Positions 10,558-20,169 of a DNA stretch of 64,000 bases are shown here, piece after piece. A program made the translations under genes and the position numbers. Every line of letters begins with the position of its first letter. Within the stretch, counting starts at the first letter, position 1. Source of the DNA: Candidatus Latescibacterota bacterium (GTDB lineage: Bacteria; Latescibacterota; UBA2968); the NCBI GenBank assembly GCA_965222605.1, contig OZ244960.1:640001-704000 (forward strand). The letters run 5' to 3'. The notes under the pieces were generated by a model. The model saw only the letters and a program-made list of their open reading frames with translations. It had not been told where the DNA came from and did no database searches.

Positions 10558-12534
10558 TTACCAATGATGCACCAGATGCCCTTGCCCAAAGAAAAACAAC
10601 ACATCGACGAGAAAAATCAATCCAATGCCCAGAACATAACCGAGCATCAGCCCCATAAACAAAGGCAGAGATTGGCGATAAAGTCCGATACCGCCAATTT
10701 TTAACAAAACGGACTTGACCATCCACGCCACAAAAACCGTAAACACTTGCCGCTGCAAAATACCCGTTGTAAACACCGTCAACCCAATGGGACTCAACGG
10801 CCACCACAAAAAACGATAGCGCAGAAAACTACACACAGACGCGATACTCGCACCAATACCAAAAAACATCAGCCTATCCAGACTGATGCCAAAGGGATTT
10901 TGCAATTTTTTCACCACATTGCTAAAAATCACCACATTCCCTGAATTGAACGTATAAACATTAAAATTATACGCCCCATACATATAGCCCAAATAGAGCG
11001 TGAACACCGCCGAAATAACCAGCGACAATACAAGGGCACACATCGTTGTCCAGAATAATGACCGGGTCTTGAGCTTGAGCCTTGCGCCCATCTGCGCGAT
11101 ATGTGCCAGCGTAGAAGCACCAAAAGTATTGCCCAGGCCAAATGTCGAATAAGACAGCGCCAAAGATGCGGCACTATTGGTATCCATCTGCCGAATACCA
11201 ATCGTATAAAACGCAAAACTCTGCGGCGTAATGGGCATCCGCGCATAAGCCAAACCCGACTCGGCCACAAACCGCGTCACCCCCACCGTCATCAAAATCA
11301 GCGCAAAAAGAAAAACGCCGGACACGAGCGCAGACATGCCCGAGTGCCACAACCAGAAAAAGAGAAATGCAGACCCCACAATAATACCCCATACAGCCGC
11401 CCGATAAGACAACAGTTCATCCGAATCATCCACGGCATCATCGCCGCGCATCGCCTTGCGCCACACATCCCGCAAATGCGCGCGCGCCATCCACACACTC
11501 AACGCCGTAAATGCAAAAAAAGCCCCCATCGCCTGCCAGCCCAATGCAGCACCGCCGCGAGACCCCCAGATATCCGACGCGCCAATAGAATATCCCAAAC
11601 GGTCAAAAACACCGGTTTGCACAATACCCAGCGCGTAAAAAAACCATAGACTGAACAACACATCGAGATTGGTAAAAAAGGCGAAGCCCAGCACAAAAAA
11701 ATTCAATTTGATCGTAACACTCGGAAACCCGCGCCCAAGTGGCAAAGCCCATCTATCCATCAACGGAATAGATGGAAATGTGTGCCAAAAATAGCCCACG
11801 ATATTCCACACCATCACAACCACGGGAATTGTCAATCCAACCCAAAACAGCCGGGAATGCAGAAGCCTGTATTTTCCAACCTCAACCTCTTCCAACATCG
11901 TCAACGGCACTTCCGCCAGGGGAAAAGGCAGGCGTTCTCGATCCACCCACTGCCGCCGCAACACGGCCATCAGCGCCACGCTCACCAGCGCCAGTGCAAT
12001 GAGAAAAACACCCCACCACACAAGCGGCGTCATCCACGCATCCCAGGGAATATCAACGCCAGGGGGTTTGCCCTCAAAAAAATACGTCATCTGCTTTGCC
12101 TGATTGGGCGGCGCGGCCCACTTTGGCAATCCATCCAACAAATAATCGCCCCACTGATTCTCGGGCGATGCATAATAATAAGGCGCGGCAATCCCCCCAA
12201 TGAACAAACCCATAAAATTCGCCGCCGGCACAGCCCCTGCAATCCACCCCATCGAAAAGACCACTACCATTTCGCCCTGCGACAGCGCCCATCGCGGCGT
12301 TACCCGCGCAAGCAGAACATTTAACGGCCACGCTATTACCGTAAAAACCACCATAGTCGCCATGGGCAAATGGGCAAAAACCATACGCGACGAATGCACG
12401 ATATAGGCCGAATAAGCGGGCAAAAAATTCACCAAAAACGTCACACCAATCCCGACCCAAAAGGCACGTGCAGTTACACTCAGGTGCTTGCTCTCCGGGT
12501 ACAAATCCCGATCCATCGCTTTCAACTCAGCCAT
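10558..12534 (-). CDS. DUF6785/DUF6784-type polytopic membrane protein (putative transporter), copy A
   Basis: YYYASPENQW, LRRQWVDRERLPFPL, RFVAESG, RYRFLWWPLSPIG, PLFMGLMLG; paralog of 51078-53063. Confidence 0.75.
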   Translation of the reverse strand: MAELKAMDRDLYPESKHLSVTARAFWVGIGVTFLVNFLPAYSAYIVHSSRMVFAHLPMATMVVFTVIAWPLNVLLARVTPRWALSQGEMVVVFSMGWIAGAVPAANFMGLFIGGIAAPYYYASPENQWGDYLLDGLPKWAAPPNQAKQMTYFFEGKPPGVDIPWDAWMTPLVWWGVFLIALALVSVALMAVLRRQWVDRERLPFPLAEVPLTMLEEVEVGKYRLLHSRLFWVGLTIPVVVMVWNIVGYFWHTFPSIPLMDRWALPLGRGFPSVTIKLNFFVLGFAFFTNLDVLFSLWFFYALGIVQTGVFDRLGYSIGASDIWGSRGGAALGWQAMGAFFAFTALSVWMARAHLRDVWRKAMRGDDAVDDSDELLSYRAAVWGIIVGSAFLFFWLWHSGMSALVSGVFLFALILMTVGVTRFVAESGLAYARMPITPQSFAFYTIGIRQMDTNSAASLALSYSTFGLGNTFGASTLAHIAQMGARLKLKTRSLFWTTMCALVLSLVISAVFTLYLGYMYGAYNFNVYTFNSGNVVIFSNVVKKLQNPFGISLDRLMFFGIGASIASVCSFLRYRFLWWPLSPIGLTVFTTGILQRQVFTVFVAWMVKSVLLKIGGIGLYRQSLPLFMGLMLGYVLGIGLIFLVDVLFFFGQGHLVHHW

Positions 12535-12663
12535 CGCAATCTCTCAAAAACTTAGAAGTGCCCACTCGCAGAATTTCCCGCGCAATGTACCTCAAAAAGA
12601 AAGTGTGTGCAAGGAATCCATCCCCTGCACACACCTGGATTAGCGATCAATCACAGACAGCTA

Positions 12664-13635
12664 TTAGAACGCCCCACTCACAGCAACGCGCAGCGGTGCA
12701 TCGAAATACACACCGCCATCGCTATACGACACATCCACGCGGATATCGCGTTCGCCAAAAGCGTACTTCAGACCAACGCCCAGACTGTAATCCTCCACGT
12801 CGTAGTTGACCTTATACCCACCGCGCAATGCGAGCGTATTGGCAATCCATAGCTCACCGCCAAAATTCCACCGCTGACCGTAATCAGTTGCCATAATGGT
12901 CTCACCCGCAAGCGTCAAATACGTCGGGTCGCCCTGCTCGCCATAGATTTCACCTGCCAGCCCAAAATTGAAATTGATCGGCGGTGAAAACTGCTCGGTT
13001 TCCACAGTAATACCGGAACCCACATTGCGCGCTGCGGCGGCGATTCGCAAACTGCGATAGCCCGTATATGCCGAAATACCCAGGTCAAACTGAAATGTAC
13101 TCGTCGTTTTGAGCACCAGATCTTCCTGAACCCACCGCGCTTGCGCCCCCCAGGACACTTTATCGGTCATCTGACGCGCAAACATAAACCCAATGGCCGT
13201 ATCGCCGCCCTGAATCATGCGCCCGGTGCCTGTGGCCTGAAAAATCGTCGTTTCTTCCACTTCTTCGGGCGTGAAGCTCACAATTGAAACGCCAAACGTA
13301 TTGCCGCCCCATTTGTAGGCCAATGTCCCCGAATACAATCCCGAATTGACCAGCCAGCGCGTGTAGGACAGCGCGTACTCGCCGCCTGAAACAAATCCCA
13401 ATGCGCCGGGATTGTAAAAAAACGCATCAATACCGCCGTTCATCGCAACAAAGGCTTCGCCCATAGCCACGGCCCGGGGCGACGCGCCGATTTTGAGAAA
13501 TGCCAGCGACGACTGGCCCTTCACCGGCAAAATCGTACTGTATTCGCCAAAATCCGACTGTGCAAAGGCCGGCCCCATCATCAGCCCGACACCTAGCAGA
13601 AGTGCCAGGGCCGTTGTCAACATTCGTTTGTTCAT
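12664..13635 (-). CDS. PorV/PorQ-family (UPF0164-like) outer-membrane barrel, copy A
   Basis: Signal peptide; FLKIGASPRAVAMGEAFVA, FYNPGAL, LALRGGY; C-terminal Phe. Confidence 0.85.
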   Translation of the reverse strand: MNKRMLTTALALLLGVGLMMGPAFAQSDFGEYSTILPVKGQSSLAFLKIGASPRAVAMGEAFVAMNGGIDAFFYNPGALGFVSGGEYALSYTRWLVNSGLYSGTLAYKWGGNTFGVSIVSFTPEEVEETTIFQATGTGRMIQGGDTAIGFMFARQMTDKVSWGAQARWVQEDLVLKTTSTFQFDLGISAYTGYRSLRIAAAARNVGSGITVETEQFSPPINFNFGLAGEIYGEQGDPTYLTLAGETIMATDYGQRWNFGGELWIANTLALRGGYKVNYDVEDYSLGVGLKYAFGERDIRVDVSYSDGGVYFDAPLRVAVSGAF

Positions 13636-13645
13636 GTCACGCTCC

Positions 13646-16021
13646 TTATCTCAGAATGTAAAACGTCCCCATCACCTTTTGCCCCATACTTTCGGGTGTC
13701 AGTGATTCTACGACGTAAAAGTAGATGCCGCTGGCCACATCCGGCGCAGTCTCGTTGCGTTCAATTTGGAACCACGATGCCTCACCTGCGTTGGGGTCGT
13801 CGTGCAGGATTTCACCCACGATTTCGCCGGCCACATTGTAGATCAGCACGCGGCTTTTGGGGGGCAATCCCAGGAAGCGGATCTTTTTTGAACTCTGGTA
13901 ATTATAACCCGATTCCGACAAACTGAATGGATTGGGCACCACGCGCACGCGCTTTTCCGGCCAGGACGGCGCCAGACCCGGCTGAAACGGGCTGAGGTCC
14001 AGGTTCACGCGCTGCTCGGGGGCAGAATATCCACCTTCGAGTCCAGCCTGTAAATGACTCTGCACTTCTGCGGGCAAATCGCCAATGCTCGACATGCCAT
14101 TGCTCCACGAATCGCGCGGTTTGGCAAAAGCCCGCACATTGTAAAAGTATCGGAACCCGGCAACCGCCGTATTATCGCGCCACACGTATTGGCCGCCCGA
14201 ATAGTCCCAGGTAGATCCGGAGGTACCTGCAGTGACTGTACCGATGTGCTCCCATGGCCCAAATTCCTGATAGGCAGATCGGAACACGCGATATCCCACC
14301 ACATCGGCATCGCCAAAATCGGGATGCACCGACGATTCGGCGGCATCGTTCCATGTCAACGTAATCTCTGCATCCTGATTGACCCCCGGCGCGAACTTCA
14401 CATCGGGTGGATAATCGGGCAGATCGTACATATTGTCGTACGCGAATTGTGCGGCATTCAAATGCGCCACAAGAGCGGCTTCTCCCTTGCTCAACCGCGC
14501 CAATCGTTCTTCTTCGGGCAGTGGAATGTCTTTCAAACAAAATGTCTGTATATCCACTGCATACGCCGACTGGCCTTCGCGGGATATCGCCTGCGCGCCT
14601 GTCCCGGCGACATAAGCCACCACGATCTTGGCCTTCTCGCCCACAGCCAGATTATACGGCCCAAAAGTGAGTGCATTGGCCATAGCGTTGACAGTGGATG
14701 GGTTATCATCGGTTGTTCCTGAAAACGTTTCGTAAATACCCTGCTCAGAATCGCTCTGCAAATTCGGCAAATCCGTGCTCAAACCCCAGAAATCGCGCGT
14801 TTCCCACCATTTTGACGTCCTGGGTTGATCGCCTTGCGGATTGACGTATTTGCCCTGGTCGCTGGCATTGAATACATGCGACGGCCCGCTATCGCGATAG
14901 GCCAATGGAGCAACGCTCACATATTGCGGCGATCTCATTTGCCCGTCAAACACGCCACCCGGCAGTCTTTTCGCATTGCCGTGTACGCTTTCGATATAAA
15001 CGGGTTGCCCGGTGTCTTCTTCCGAGCGCTGGATACTGTCGCCATCCCACTGATAGTTCATCTTCAAATCGACATATTCAGCAGGTCCGTCGTAATTCGG
15101 CGCACCCGTATAGCGATACTCATCGTCTTGCGGCTGATACGATCCGGGCATACCAGATCCAAGACCGTTCCAATTGCCCTCGCCCGACATGCTCACCGTA
15201 AAGCCCTGAACAAATGAGAAATACGCCCCCGTTAGATTATGTCCAGCACCGCCATTCACATCGGCAACACCATCGCCATCAGAGTCACCCGTGTTCTCAA
15301 ATTCCACTTCTAAAATGAAGAAATCGTCAAAGCCCTGATAACTCCATGCCATAGCCTTGCGCGTAATCGTAACACCGTGTTTGGTCGTCCACCTGCTAAA
15401 AACGATATCTTCCGCGCGGTCGTCCTTATCGGCGTCCATGTACTGGCCCCACCGATGATTGAGGACTTCATAGGGCACGCCCGTTCTCGGCGCATCGGTT
15501 TGCAATGCAGCACCGGGATACCAGTTGGGCATAATTGCTCCCGTCCCCAATCCATGGGGTGGCACTTCGACCTGGTATCCCCAGTTGGCTTCGGGACTAT
15601 TGGCAATATCGTAATACATCGGTGAGATATCCGCCGAAGGCGTCCACGGTCCCGAATACGACACCCCGTATTCGCCACCGACATTGGTCAACACCCATAT
15701 ACCTTCTCCTCCCGACAAATTTTGCGCCTCATTTTTTTGCTCGGCCCAGCTAAAACCGTTCTTTTTGCCGAAATACTCAATGTAGTCTGCACCGGCCATG
15801 TTGAGCATAAGGCCATTGCCCATGCCCGGATACGTCAAGCGGGGCGCGCCGCGAGAACTTCGGTCGTCCCAGACGCCGCCCTGAGTCCCCTCATTGCGGA
15901 ACCCGGTCCAGAGTTGCCCGCGCGTGAGTTGTCGCATATTCTGCGTGTCCAGGGAATAGACCTCAAACGCCCACCCCACAACCACTATCATCAGGACAGC
16001 AGCGAGAAATTTCCTGTTCAT
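13646..16021 (-). CDS. Secreted protein with FN3-like region and T9SS-CTD/FlgD-Ig-like C-terminal domain, copy A
   Basis: Signal peptide MNRKFLAA; C-terminus VRVVPNPF..IRFLGLP..IYNVAGEIV..W..ASGIYFYVVES..GTFYILR; paralog of 46388-48697. Confidence 0.75.
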   Translation of the reverse strand: MNRKFLAAVLMIVVVGWAFEVYSLDTQNMRQLTRGQLWTGFRNEGTQGGVWDDRSSRGAPRLTYPGMGNGLMLNMAGADYIEYFGKKNGFSWAEQKNEAQNLSGGEGIWVLTNVGGEYGVSYSGPWTPSADISPMYYDIANSPEANWGYQVEVPPHGLGTGAIMPNWYPGAALQTDAPRTGVPYEVLNHRWGQYMDADKDDRAEDIVFSRWTTKHGVTITRKAMAWSYQGFDDFFILEVEFENTGDSDGDGVADVNGGAGHNLTGAYFSFVQGFTVSMSGEGNWNGLGSGMPGSYQPQDDEYRYTGAPNYDGPAEYVDLKMNYQWDGDSIQRSEEDTGQPVYIESVHGNAKRLPGGVFDGQMRSPQYVSVAPLAYRDSGPSHVFNASDQGKYVNPQGDQPRTSKWWETRDFWGLSTDLPNLQSDSEQGIYETFSGTTDDNPSTVNAMANALTFGPYNLAVGEKAKIVVAYVAGTGAQAISREGQSAYAVDIQTFCLKDIPLPEEERLARLSKGEAALVAHLNAAQFAYDNMYDLPDYPPDVKFAPGVNQDAEITLTWNDAAESSVHPDFGDADVVGYRVFRSAYQEFGPWEHIGTVTAGTSGSTWDYSGGQYVWRDNTAVAGFRYFYNVRAFAKPRDSWSNGMSSIGDLPAEVQSHLQAGLEGGYSAPEQRVNLDLSPFQPGLAPSWPEKRVRVVPNPFSLSESGYNYQSSKKIRFLGLPPKSRVLIYNVAGEIVGEILHDDPNAGEASWFQIERNETAPDVASGIYFYVVESLTPESMGQKVMGTFYILR

Positions 16022-16039
16022 ATCACTATCCTCCAATTT

Positions 16040-19000
16040 TCAAAACTGAATTTCCAGACCGATTTCCACTTTGCGCGGATTGTACCTGTAGCGCGTGGAT
16101 TCTCTTGGGTCGCCATAAAGCAAATACCCGGTATCATCTGGCGGGGGTAGCCGCAGCCCGTACTGCACATAAGTAAAATCCGAATTTCGGATCTCGGAGC
16201 TCTTTTCATTGAACAAATTGCTCACTTCCAAAAATAGCGTGGGACGCAATTTGCCAATAGCTCGAAAATCTTTGGCCGCGTACAGATCCGTCTTCATCGT
16301 CGATGCTCCTGTGCGAAATTCGCGCGGGCCAATCGGGGGGACATACTCAAACGGCTGGCCGCTGAAAATGCGGTAGATCATGCTCACGCGCAGACCCCCA
16401 AATGGATTGATCGCGCCCATTTTGGGACCATAAGCCATCGGCGTGGCATAATACAACTGAAGCGACAACTGATTCCTGCGCTGCCCGCTGATAGGCTCTG
16501 CCGAAAAGACATTTCCGTTTGCGGCTGTCCAGATACCGTTGTCATTGGTTTTGATGGGTGGCTGCCAGACCCCTGCACCAGGGCCTTGTGACCCGGCCTG
16601 CCCGATCCACGCCACGATATTTGCCTCGGCTCTGGCACTGATGTCGGCCACTTGCTCAGACGTGAGCGGCACGGGTCTTTCCGAACCGTCGGATTGCACT
16701 TCCCAATCAGTCCAGTAGTGCCCAGCCGCAATAAAATCGGCATTGGGAAGCACATACCAGTTTGACGAATGTTTTCCGTAGTGAACGCCGCCCGGATCGC
16801 GCACCCATTCGGCATTGTAGGACAAATGGAACTGGAAATTGTTGCTAAACGTCTTTTTCAGCGACAGTTCGATCCCGCGCGCTGTTTGCCATCGGGTATT
16901 GCGTATTGCGTTGACCTGTGCGGACTGGCCTTTGAGCGGATCTACCCAATAGGAAATATTGTTTCTGGCGTACAACCCCTCGTCGCGCCGATAGTGTGCC
17001 GTAATACTGGCCGTATAATCAGCTACAAAGTTCCAGTCCACCCCCATTTCCATACTCGTCGTGCGCTGGGGGTTCATGCCTTCGGACGGCTGCCGCGCCG
17101 TGGTATGCACTTCCATAGCATTCCACTTTTCGGTCTCGTCAATTACGCCATTGCCGTTGAGGTCATTGTCTGGCGCCTCGCTTGAAAACTGTCTGCGATG
17201 GGTTTCGAGGAGCACGGGAAAGACGTTCGCTCGACCAATGAAATAGTGCGCTGCCAACTGGTCTGTAATCGGATGCGACAGGCCCAAGCGCGGACTCAGC
17301 GCCGTCATCGTTGGCGTCGAACTATCGAGATGGTCCATTTCATACCGCGCCCGCGTAAACGTGCTGTACATCGGCGATTTGCCCAGCGCCTCTCCCATTG
17401 AGCCGTTGCGCCCAAAATTGTAATAATCCCAGCGTAAGCCCAGATTGGCAATCAGGCCGCCGTACTCGATCTTGTCCTGCACATACAGGTTCAGCGTCCA
17501 GGGTTTCACATTTTCGCCCAGGTTAAACCCATCGGCCACAAATTCGAGAAAGCGGCTCTTGGTATTGTCAAAATCTTCTCGCGTGCGGTGATAGGCCCGC
17601 TGCGTGAGCACCAACCCCGTCTGAATCAAGTGCGACCGATTGACCTGACTCACGAAATCGTATTTGATGCCGTATTTCGTATCTTCCTCTTCGGTATATT
17701 CGCGCACCAGCGTGGGCAAATTGAAAAAACCCGCCTTATCTTTGCGCACTGCTTCGGTGGCAGCCGGCACATCGAACGCATCGCGATCGTATTTGTTGTA
17801 GAAAAATTTCAGATCGTAATACGTGTTTTTGCCCAATGTATGTGTCAACGTCAACACCTCGAGCTGCCGCGACAATGTGTAAGTACCCGAAGCTGAAAAA
17901 TCCTCGAGGAAGAAAATATTTTGCGTATTGTTGCGCGTTGATCCCTGAAACTGATCCGACCTTTGATACATGCCCAGTGCCTTAATCTTGATATTTGCGC
18001 TGGGGCGATACGTCAACGTGGCCTGCATGCGCGGCGGATTATCCGATATCTGCTCAACTGCGGGAAACCTGGCCGGGTCGCGGGAATAACTCACGCTGGC
18101 AAAATACGAAAAATCGCGTGTGAGCGGCCCGCCCAGCGTGCCTTCTAAGCGGTGCCCACGCTTGTCCGTATATTCGACGCGTTCGTGCGCCATACGCTCG
18201 ACATCGTCAGACGTTCCCAGCGTGCGATCAGGTCCTGGATCCATATATGTTTCGTTCACCCAATCGGGATTGTTCCACTGCACATTGTCTTCAAATCCAG
18301 GGCTTTCATGCACATCTCTGCCCCAGTGTTTTTTGCCCGCTGGTGTGAACTTATACTCCACCCGACCAGAGAAATTGCCCCGGCCTTCTTTTGTCACCAG
18401 GCTCACAATGCCCGCACCCGCATTGCCAAATTCCGCATTCATACCACCGGTTAGCACACTCAGTTCCTGAATGGCCGTAGTGTTCACGCCTGTGAGCAGA
18501 CTCCGATCGACCTCAATCCCATCGATATAATAGCCCACCTGCGTCCCCGCTTGCACCTGCGTTGTGCTTCCGCGAATGCGATTGCTACCATCCAGTGCCA
18601 TACCCGGTTGCAATGCGATCAATTGCGATGTCGATCTCACCTGCGGCACGGCCTGAATATCTGCCGAAGAAACCACGTATTTGCTCGTGGTTTTGTCTGG
18701 CTCAACAGGTGGCCGCTCCGCAATAACAATCAGTTCGGCCAATTCGAGACTGGATTCTTTCAGTGCAAAATTCACTGTGGATGTATAATCCACAATCACC
18801 TGCACTTCTTCTTTCTTTTCTGTGCCATAGCCCACTATCGTCGCCGTCAGGGTGTACATTCCGGGATCCACGGCCAGAATTAAATAGCGACCCTCTGTAT
18901 CGGTGGTGGCTCCTTTGCGGGTACCTTCAAGCACCACATTCGCGCCCGGCAAAGACTCACCCGTGGCGGCATCTGTGATGACACCCGTGATCTTTCCCGC

Positions 19001-19066
19001 TGTTGCTGCCATTGCCGACGTATCCATCAGCAAGAACAAAATAAATCCCAATATTAACCGCTTCAT
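16040..19066 (-). CDS. TonB-dependent receptor with N-terminal carboxypeptidase-regulatory-like domain, copy A
   Basis: GKITGVITDAATGESLPGANV, plug TGGMNAEFGNA, LYVQDK, LSPRLGLSHP, PRKVEIGLEIQF. Confidence 0.92.
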   Translation of the reverse strand: MKRLILGFILFLLMDTSAMAATAGKITGVITDAATGESLPGANVVLEGTRKGATTDTEGRYLILAVDPGMYTLTATIVGYGTEKKEEVQVIVDYTSTVNFALKESSLELAELIVIAERPPVEPDKTTSKYVVSSADIQAVPQVRSTSQLIALQPGMALDGSNRIRGSTTQVQAGTQVGYYIDGIEVDRSLLTGVNTTAIQELSVLTGGMNAEFGNAGAGIVSLVTKEGRGNFSGRVEYKFTPAGKKHWGRDVHESPGFEDNVQWNNPDWVNETYMDPGPDRTLGTSDDVERMAHERVEYTDKRGHRLEGTLGGPLTRDFSYFASVSYSRDPARFPAVEQISDNPPRMQATLTYRPSANIKIKALGMYQRSDQFQGSTRNNTQNIFFLEDFSASGTYTLSRQLEVLTLTHTLGKNTYYDLKFFYNKYDRDAFDVPAATEAVRKDKAGFFNLPTLVREYTEEEDTKYGIKYDFVSQVNRSHLIQTGLVLTQRAYHRTREDFDNTKSRFLEFVADGFNLGENVKPWTLNLYVQDKIEYGGLIANLGLRWDYYNFGRNGSMGEALGKSPMYSTFTRARYEMDHLDSSTPTMTALSPRLGLSHPITDQLAAHYFIGRANVFPVLLETHRRQFSSEAPDNDLNGNGVIDETEKWNAMEVHTTARQPSEGMNPQRTTSMEMGVDWNFVADYTASITAHYRRDEGLYARNNISYWVDPLKGQSAQVNAIRNTRWQTARGIELSLKKTFSNNFQFHLSYNAEWVRDPGGVHYGKHSSNWYVLPNADFIAAGHYWTDWEVQSDGSERPVPLTSEQVADISARAEANIVAWIGQAGSQGPGAGVWQPPIKTNDNGIWTAANGNVFSAEPISGQRRNQLSLQLYYATPMAYGPKMGAINPFGGLRVSMIYRIFSGQPFEYVPPIGPREFRTGASTMKTDLYAAKDFRAIGKLRPTLFLEVSNLFNEKSSEIRNSDFTYVQYGLRLPPPDDTGYLLYGDPRESTRYRYNPRKVEIGLEIQF

Positions 19067-19080
19067 AGACCTCCTCCTAT

Positions 19081-19165
19081 GTGAAGTGTGAAGTGTGATG
19101 AAGCACCCGCCTTCTGGGTGGTGTGGGGTGGCCTTCTCACTTCTTACTTCTCACTTCTTACTTCA
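19081..19165. repeat. Inverted array of heptamer repeats (GTGAAGT / ACTTCTY) in the intergenic spacer
   Basis: gtgaagt-gtgaagt-gtga ... cttctca-cttctta-cttctca-cttctta-cttc; can form a long imperfect hairpin. Confidence 0.65.
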
Positions 19166-19858
19166 TTACCAGTACAGTTTGAACGCCGTCCTGAAATCGA
19201 ACATGGCAAGTGGAAATACGCCGGGCAGATCCCACGACTCCATCGGACGCAAATCACCCAAAATCATGTGATAACGCCCGCGGATATCCAGCCCGAATCG
19301 CCCCTGCACCACCGTCATGCCCAACCCCAAATTTGCCCCCAGAGCTGTATGTTCATCCTCTCGGTCATCCAGCATCAGATCCTGATTCAAAGGCTCCTCT
19401 TTTTGTCCCGGATAAATCAGACCAGTGATCCTATCCTGATAATCGTAGAACCCCGCACCCACAGCGATATAGGGCAAAAGCTGCAAATCGCCACCGGACT
19501 TTCGGGGATTGAGATACGCCAGAGCATTGATCAAAAAGCTATTGAGGTTAAACCGAGAGTTGGCATCTGGACTCAAATATTTTTGTTTGTCAATGGGCCA
19601 CGTAAACGCCAGAGCTTCGATTTTTCCGTCATCCATTGTCATATGGTGGTATTCAAACTCCATCGTGGCGCGCGAACTGACCTGATAATCGAGCACCGCA
19701 CCATATACCTGAGAAGCCGAATACCGGTCGTGAAACCCCAGCACGGGCACGCTGCGGTTAAAAAACACGCCAGCACCGTACCGGGTCTCCTGGGCAGAGA
19801 CCGGCACCGCGATAAACAATGCCAGCAGCCACACCTTCAACATCAAATATCTATTCAT
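19166..19858 (-). CDS. Small outer-membrane beta-barrel protein, copy A
   Basis: Signal peptide, amphipathic strands (PYIAVGAGFY, LGANLGLG), C-terminal aromatic; paralog of 42426-43127. Confidence 0.75.
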   Translation of the reverse strand: MNRYLMLKVWLLALFIAVPVSAQETRYGAGVFFNRSVPVLGFHDRYSASQVYGAVLDYQVSSRATMEFEYHHMTMDDGKIEALAFTWPIDKQKYLSPDANSRFNLNSFLINALAYLNPRKSGGDLQLLPYIAVGAGFYDYQDRITGLIYPGQKEEPLNQDLMLDDREDEHTALGANLGLGMTVVQGRFGLDIRGRYHMILGDLRPMESWDLPGVFPLAMFDFRTAFKLYW

Positions 19859-20002
19859 AGATATGTCTCCTTTTAACAGTCAACGGTTGTATAACATTCT
19901 ACATCTCATGTCATATCTCCTCCTTTCCCAATAGCACAACGTATTGTCGCCATTGAAGCAATGTACAAGTTCAATCGTCAGTTTTTTCCTCCTTTCTCAA
20001 TC

Positions 20003-20031
20003 TTGACAAAACCATTTAAAATTGTTAAAGT
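20003..20031 (+). promoter_or_regulatory. Sigma70-type promoter
   Basis: TTGACA-17 nt-TAAAGT. Confidence 0.65.
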
Positions 20032-20036
20032 CTCTG

Positions 20037-20132
20037 CCTTTTGTCGTATGATGGGTTTCTAAATCCTTCATACGGCTACCTGGTCGTTAGCCCGATCTCG
20101 CCAAAGTTCGAAGGCTAACGGGCCTTTTTTTT
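20037..20132 (+). ncRNA. Candidate ~95-nt small RNA (two hairpins plus U-tract)
   Basis: Follows the promoter; hairpin GTCGTATGA/TCATACGGC, hairpin CGTTAGCC/GGCTAACG with CTCGCCAAAG in the loop, then T8. Confidence 0.5.
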
Positions 20133-20169
20133 ATGACCACACCGACACTCCTAATGTTCCAACCCTTGC

